A stretch of DNA of 64,000 nt from an uncultured delta proteobacterium (GTDB lineage Bacteria; Desulfobacterota; Binatia; UBA9968): assembly GCA_963737905.1 (NCBI GenBank), contig CAVTUQ010000007.1:128001-192000 (forward strand), given 5' to 3'. The notes below the pieces were generated by a model that saw nothing but the letters and a program-made list of their open reading frames with translations, searched no databases and had not been told where the DNA came from. The position numbers were made by a program, and so were the translations under genes. The stretch's first letter is position 1, and every line of letters starts with the position of its first letter. Positions 58,570-64,000 of this stretch are shown one piece after another.

Positions 58570-59616
58570 GTGGAGCGCCTTTTATCCTACGTGGATGCGA
58601 TTCGTGAAGCCACGGATCAGCAGATGGCAGAAGATCCTTCCGTCGTTGTGTTTGGGCTCGACGTGGACGATCCTAAAGCCATACAGGGAACGACCCGGGG
58701 GTTGGCAGAGAAGTATGGCCCCGAGAGGGTTTTTGGCACCCCACTTTCCGAGGAAGCGATGACCGGCGCGGCCATCGGTATGGCCCTGGCTGGCTTACGT
58801 CCCATCCATGTCCATATCCGGATGGATTTTCTCATGCTGGCGATGAACCAGCTCGTCAATGTCGCTGCCAAAAGTCGCTATATGTACGGCGGGCAAGTTC
58901 ATGTGCCGATGGTGGTTCGCTGCATGATCGGCAAGAGTTGGGGCCAAGGAGCGCAGCACTCGCAAGGGTTGCATTCTTTTTTTATGCACGTTCCCGGGCT
59001 GAAGGTCGTCGCTCCCACCAATCCCTACGATGCCAAAGGCTGTTTGATACAGGCGATCAGAGACAATGATCCTGTGATTTACGTCGAGCATCGCATTCTT
59101 CACTTCCAAAAGGGAATCGTGCCCGAGCCGCTCTACGGGATTCCACCCGGGAAGGCGCGTGTGTTGGAGGAAGGGAAAGACGTCACCCTGGTCGGCATTT
59201 CCTACATGCTGACGGAATGTCTGAGAGCGCGGCGCTACCTTGAGACTGTCCACGTTCAGGCGGAGGTGATCGACCCGATCTGGCTGAGTCCCTTGGATAC
59301 CGAGACAATCGTCCAGTCGGTCAAGAAGACCGGGAGGTTGTGCGTCGTCGACAACGGCTGGACTACGTGCGGTGCCAGCGCCGAAATCGTGAGCCGCGTC
59401 ATTGAGCGATTGCAAGGCGAAAGGCAGGTCGTCATCCATCGCATGGGGTACGCGCCCGCGACGTGTCCGCCGACACCTTCGCTCGAAGATCTCTATTATC
59501 CGAACGCCCGCACTATCGCCTCGGCCGCCTACGATTTGGTCAAGGGCGGCCATAATCGCTGGTTGCCGCAAGAGCGCGAAGAGCTTCAGGAGATGGAATT
59601 CCGGGGTCCGTTTTAA
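58570..59616 (+). CDS. ThDP-dependent enzyme, E1-beta/transketolase-C-like subunit
   Basis: TPLSE, G.RP, NVAAK, GAQHSQ, PGLKVV, DPIWLSPLD. Confidence 0.9.
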   Translation: MERLLSYVDAIREATDQQMAEDPSVVVFGLDVDDPKAIQGTTRGLAEKYGPERVFGTPLSEEAMTGAAIGMALAGLRPIHVHIRMDFLMLAMNQLVNVAAKSRYMYGGQVHVPMVVRCMIGKSWGQGAQHSQGLHSFFMHVPGLKVVAPTNPYDAKGCLIQAIRDNDPVIYVEHRILHFQKGIVPEPLYGIPPGKARVLEEGKDVTLVGISYMLTECLRARRYLETVHVQAEVIDPIWLSPLDTETIVQSVKKTGRLCVVDNGWTTCGASAEIVSRVIERLQGERQVVIHRMGYAPATCPPTPSLEDLYYPNARTIASAAYDLVKGGHNRWLPQEREELQEMEFRGPF

Positions 59617-59624
59617 CTGCAACG

Positions 59625-60816
59625 GTGGACACTCCGACAAATCTCGATTGGCCCTTGATGAAAAACAATATCTCAAGGGCGGACCTCGCTGTTGTTATTA
59701 GTTTCCTTCAGCAGGATGATCCGATTCTCACTCAAGCCAGCCAAGTGCAAGCGTTCGAGAAAGAATGGTCGGCTTGGCTTGGCGTGAAACACAGCGTTTT
59801 CGTAAACTCCGGTTCCTCGGCCAATCTGTTGACGATCGCTGCCCTTCGAGAGCGATACGGTTTGGGGGAGATCATCGTTCCAACGCTAACCTGGGTATCG
59901 GATATTGCGTCGGTCATTCAGTGCGGATTCAAGCCTGTTTTCGTGGATATAGATCGTCGCACCCTGGGGATGGATAACGCAGAGATAATCGGCAAGATCA
60001 CATCCCAGACTAAAGCGGTCTTTTTGACCCACGTGCTGGGGTATAATGCCCTCAGTCAATCTCTGATGGACGAATTGGACGCGCGTAAAATTCCCCTGAT
60101 CGAGGATGTTTGCGAGTCTTACGGGGCGACTTTTGCCGGTCGAAAGCTCGGCACCTTCGGACTCATGGCTGATTTCTCCTTCTACTACGCGCATCATCTA
60201 ACGACGGTCGAAGGAGGAATGATATCCACCAACGATGGGGACTTGTACGAGACTCTTCGGATGCTTCGCTCCCATGGAATGGTGCGCGAGTCGAGCTCCG
60301 CTGCATTGCGGCAATCCTATGCGGAGAAGCATCCTGACCTAAACCCGGATTTTATCTTTGCCTTCCCGGCTTATAACATGCGCAGTACGGAGATAAGCGC
60401 TGTCATGGGTCGCTCACAAATCAAGCGTCTTGATGAAAACAATAGGCTCCGATCCGAGAATCTGGCCCTGTTCCTGAAGAGTCTGGATCCTGCAAAGTAT
60501 CGGATCGATTTTGAAACGGCAGGCAACTGTAACTATGCGTTCACACTCGTACTCAAGCGACCAGACCCTGTGCTTTGTGATAAAGTCATGAAAACGCTGG
60601 ACTGCTATGGCGTCGAATATCGTCGGGGCACCTCCGGAGGGGGAAATCAACTTCGCCAACCTTATTTAAAACGACTGTTGGGCGGGCCGGACCTCAAGGC
60701 AATTTCCCAACGTGGAACATATCCATTTTTACGGTTTTTATATTGGCAACTATCCTGGACTGGAGCGTGAAAAGATTCTCGCCTTGTGTTCGCTATTGAA
60801 CAGTATTAAGGAGTGA
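59625..60816 (+). CDS. DegT/DnrJ-fold PLP enzyme, ColD-like NDP-4-keto-sugar 3-dehydratase, with an apparent +1 frameshift near 60700
   Basis: VNSGSSANL, IEDVCES, SFYYAHHLTTVEGG (His at the Schiff-base Lys position). C-terminus continues in the next frame as FPNVEHIHFYGFYIGNYP...IKE*. Confidence 0.82.
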
Positions 60817-60863
60817 CGACTCTGCCCGAGAGTTCAAGTGTTTTTTCAGAGTCAAATTCTCGG

Positions 60864-62369
60864 ATGACAAACCGCAAATTGGACCTCGTGTTGGTTAACT
60901 CTGGTAATCGAAGACAGGTGTTTCAGTCGCTCGCAGAGGATTTGGCGGCCGTTGAGCCTCCCGTTTGGGCAGGGTTGATAGCCACGTTTATTCGGGCCCG
61001 CGGTTTTGCGGTTCAAATCGTGGACGCTGAAGGGGAGGGGCTGAGCTTCGATGAAACAGCAAATCGAATTATCGATATGGATCCCACCCTCACAGCGGTC
61101 ATCGTTTACGGCCACCAACCTTCCGCATCCACACAAAACATGCCGGCGGCGGGGGAACTGTGTACGGCACTCAGGGAGAGAGCTCCCAATCTTAAGACGA
61201 TCCTGGTGGGAGGCCATGTAGCGGCCCTACCGGAACGTACTCTGCTTGAAGAAAATGTTGATTTCACCTGCGACGGCGAAGGGCCTCATACGATCCTCCA
61301 ATTGCTTCAAGCTCTGACGAACAAGGAAACCGAGCTCCGAAAAGTCGGCGGCCTGGTGTACCGGAGCGGGGGGACGATTGCCCGGTCTGGTCCAGCAGCG
61401 CTGGTCAGCGACTTGGATACAGAAATGCCGGGCATGGCTTGGGACCTCTTGCCGATGCAGAATTATAGGGCGCATAATTGGCATTGTTTTGGTGATTTGG
61501 TACGCCAGCCCTATGCTTCGTTGTACACGACTTTAGGCTGCCCCTTCCGTTGTAGTTTTTGTTGTATTCAGTCGCCTTTCAAATCGGGCGAATCGTTAAT
61601 GGGACTCAAGGCTGCGACGAATAGCTATCGACTGTGGAAACCGAAGACGATTATTACTGAAATTGACAAGCTCGTGAATCAGTATGGGGTTCGTAATATC
61701 AAAGTAGCGGATGAACTGTTTGTTCTTAATCCTAAACACGTGACCGATCTTTGTGATCTCCTCATTGAGCGGAATTATGATCTCAATATCTGGGCCTATG
61801 CGAGAGTCGACACGGTCAAAGAGGCAATGGTGGAAAAGCTCAAACGAGCCGGCGTTAACTGGCTTGCCTTTGGAATTGAAGCCGCGAGTGAACGAGTCCG
61901 CGATGATGTCGCAAAAGGCTTTGATCAGAATGATATCGCAACAACCATCGGCAAAGTCAGGGCTTCGGGTATTAACGTGATCGGCAATTTTATTTTCGGC
62001 CTGCCTGAGGACAACCTGTCGTCTATGCAGGCGACTCTCGATCTCGCGGTAGAACTCAATTGCGAGTTTGCAAATTTCTACGTCGCTATGGCCTATCCAG
62101 GCTCCCAGCTCTACAACGATGCTGTCCGGAACGGTTGGCCTTTGCCTGAGACTTGGAATGGCTATTCCCAGCATGCGGTGGATACGCTTCCCCTGCCGAC
62201 GAAATATCTGTCTGCTGGGGAAGTTTTGCGGTTTCGCGATGATGCGTTTCGGGTGTACTTCAAAAATCCCAACTATTTGACCATGATATCCAGGAAGTTC
62301 GGGCCCCAGACCTGCGCGCATATTGATGAAATGGCCTCCCATCGCCTCGAACGGCGTTACGCTTCCTGA
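60864..62369 (+). CDS. Cobalamin-binding radical SAM protein (class B methyltransferase-like)
   Basis: N-terminal B12-binding domain (PPVW, VGGHV..LPE), GCPFRCSFC, FGIEA, FIFGLPED, YPGS.LY. Confidence 0.88.
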   Translation: MTNRKLDLVLVNSGNRRQVFQSLAEDLAAVEPPVWAGLIATFIRARGFAVQIVDAEGEGLSFDETANRIIDMDPTLTAVIVYGHQPSASTQNMPAAGELCTALRERAPNLKTILVGGHVAALPERTLLEENVDFTCDGEGPHTILQLLQALTNKETELRKVGGLVYRSGGTIARSGPAALVSDLDTEMPGMAWDLLPMQNYRAHNWHCFGDLVRQPYASLYTTLGCPFRCSFCCIQSPFKSGESLMGLKAATNSYRLWKPKTIITEIDKLVNQYGVRNIKVADELFVLNPKHVTDLCDLLIERNYDLNIWAYARVDTVKEAMVEKLKRAGVNWLAFGIEAASERVRDDVAKGFDQNDIATTIGKVRASGINVIGNFIFGLPEDNLSSMQATLDLAVELNCEFANFYVAMAYPGSQLYNDAVRNGWPLPETWNGYSQHAVDTLPLPTKYLSAGEVLRFRDDAFRVYFKNPNYLTMISRKFGPQTCAHIDEMASHRLERRYAS

Positions 62370-62418
62370 ATTCAAAGCTCTATTAGGTCGGTTGATGGAG
62401 ATTTTGTTTCAGTCGAAT

Positions 62419-63336
62419 ATGGCGAGTCCTCTAGTCACCGTTATTCTTTTCGCCCACGCTCCCTACGCGAAGTTTTTGCCGTCTTCGTTGGAATCCATAC
62501 TCCATCAATCGTATCGCGATTTGGAGGTCCTAGTTTTAACAGATGGAAGCAAGGACGTCGGGATTGTGATTGAGCGATATATGGATGATGGGCGGGTCAA
62601 GCTCTGCGCCCAGGCGCACCCGTACTTCCTGGAAACAGCGAATGAATTGATGATGGAGTCTAAAGGGGAATATCTCGGCACGTGGAATAGTGACGACATC
62701 TATAATGACAAACATGTCGAGCTGCTCGTTCAGGCCTTGGTGAATGACCCCGAGGTGGGAGGCGCATTCGATAATACCGAATATTTCAGGGAGTCGGAGC
62801 GAAGTGAAATAAGCGAGGGCTTGATTGTGCCCGAGGACAGCGCAAAAACATTATCTTCGCGGCGCCTATCGGTTCAGCATATTTTCAACGAAAATATCAT
62901 GACCGGTCCTTCTTCGCTCATCAAAAAGGCCGCATTTGAACGTGTCGGTGGTTATGACCGCAAAATCCGGCTCAACTGCGACCTGCACTGGTTTTATCGG
63001 CTCGGAGCCTACTTCCCTATTCGGTTCGTGAACTATGTTGGAGTGAGAAAACGGATTCATCCCCTGAATAACACCGCTGTGAATCCCCATTATGAGTTTG
63101 GCGTGACAGAGCTAGAGGACATTCGCGATTACTATCCTGAAGTCTACCAGCGGATTGGTAAAAGTGTTTTCAACAGGAAGCTTGGGAGAAAATATTTTCG
63201 CCTCGGATCTTATTACGAGGCGCGGGGTCAGCTCGCCCAAGCACGGCAGGCCTATAGAAAGGCGATGATCCTCCGCAAGCTTAGTTTCCGTTATAGTTGG
63301 GAGTATTGTCGATCCGCTTTCTTCCCTGGTTCCTAG
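62419..63336 (+). CDS. Glycosyltransferase family 2 with a C-terminal TPR-like helix pair
   Basis: SLESILHQSY, WNSDD, VGGYD, C-terminal YFRLGSYYEARGQLAQARQAYRKA. Start uncertain. Confidence 0.85.
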   Translation: MASPLVTVILFAHAPYAKFLPSSLESILHQSYRDLEVLVLTDGSKDVGIVIERYMDDGRVKLCAQAHPYFLETANELMMESKGEYLGTWNSDDIYNDKHVELLVQALVNDPEVGGAFDNTEYFRESERSEISEGLIVPEDSAKTLSSRRLSVQHIFNENIMTGPSSLIKKAAFERVGGYDRKIRLNCDLHWFYRLGAYFPIRFVNYVGVRKRIHPLNNTAVNPHYEFGVTELEDIRDYYPEVYQRIGKSVFNRKLGRKYFRLGSYYEARGQLAQARQAYRKAMILRKLSFRYSWEYCRSAFFPGS

Positions 63337-63461
63337 AGAGAATCGGCTGTTTCTCACTTTCGCCTAGAATTGAAATCCACAGCCCACGGCACTGGCGGGT
63401 GCAACGACGAGTTAGACCGTTCTCTACGAGTTCACCAGGTCCGGTGCGATTCTAAATGTTC

Positions 63462-64000
63462 ATGGCTTCGCTTCCCCATGTAAGTGTCATTGTGCCGACG
63501 TATAATCGAGGCGAAAGCTTGGAAAGGTTACTCACAAGTCTGGGCGCGTTGGAGCAGTCGGATTCGATCCTGGCTGAAGTGATTATTGTTGATAACGGCT
63601 CGACGGATAATACTGGAGAAATCCTGCTTCGGGAGAAGAGAAAGCGAAATCGATTTGATTTACGGGTGTCGAAGGAAGAGACCAAGGGCAAATCGAGCGC
63701 ATTGAACCAAGGTATCGGTCTCGCCCGGGGGGAAATCCTGATTGTTGTGGATGACGATGTCGTGGTGGACCATCGGTGGATGACTGAACATTGGGAGTGT
63801 CACCATGTCAGTGAGTTTGGCGCGGTTCAAGGCCGGGTTCTTCCGGGGGTGGACCCCCAAGGACGGCCAGCAGATCCGAGCCGGCTTCGGGAATATAATA
63901 TCCCCATCGTAGATTATGGCGGCGGCATTCGGCCCATCCGTGGATTCACCGGGACGAACGTTTCATTCAAGCGGGATATCGTTAGGCAAGTGGGGCTTTT
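63462..64000 (+). CDS. Glycosyltransferase family 2 (runs off the window end, not in ORF track)
   Basis: Translated by hand: MASLPHVSVIVPTYNR...VDNGSTD...ALNQG...VDDDV...GTNVSFKR. Confidence 0.88.
   Translation, partial: MASLPHVSVIVPTYNRGESLERLLTSLGALEQSDSILAEVIIVDNGSTDNTGEILLREKRKRNRFDLRVSKEETKGKSSALNQGIGLARGEILIVVDDDVVVDHRWMTEHWECHHVSEFGAVQGRVLPGVDPQGRPADPSRLREYNIPIVDYGGGIRPIRGFTGTNVSFKRDIVRQVGL

Overview
This is a 64-kb, fairly GC-rich chromosomal segment from a diderm (LPS-producing) bacterium. Gene content and style suggest a deltaproteobacterium-like lineage, possibly Candidatus Binatia (inference only). 1-15 kb is an accessory region: SMR-type exporter, GlcG/HbpS haem protein, FmdB zinc ribbon, two orphan NMT1/SsuA-type binding proteins, GST, BNR beta-propeller, 2-hydroxyacid dehydrogenase, nitronate monooxygenase, an HTH+PBP regulator with tupABC, a heavily frameshifted secreted propeller, and several microproteins below the ORF-track cutoff. 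15-22 kb holds hisS (2 frameshifts), aspS, a lipoprotein, a membrane protein, cofH and def. From 22 kb to the end every gene is on the + strand: rrf2-sufCDSU-sufT-DUF59-truncated globin (no sufB), metF, lysS, lolC/E-lolD-bamA-skp-lpxD-fabZ-lpxA-lpxI-gnnA-like-lpxB-msbA-waaA-lpxK, LPS core genes with three kinases, and a nucleotide-sugar cluster. The best candidate for an undescribed system is that cluster. It joins GDP-heptose synthesis (HddA/GmhB/HddC) and a Cj1427-like C4 dehydrogenase with a ColD-like His-type 3-dehydratase, an Fcl-like reductase, a stand-alone two-subunit ThDP enzyme and a cobalamin-dependent radical SAM enzyme, which together suggest a branched, deoxygenated and/or C-methylated heptose for a surface glycan. 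Scattered single-base indels, including two in essential hisS, point to assembly errors. No rRNA, tRNA, CRISPR array or transposase was recognised. All family assignments come from motif reading, not database searches.
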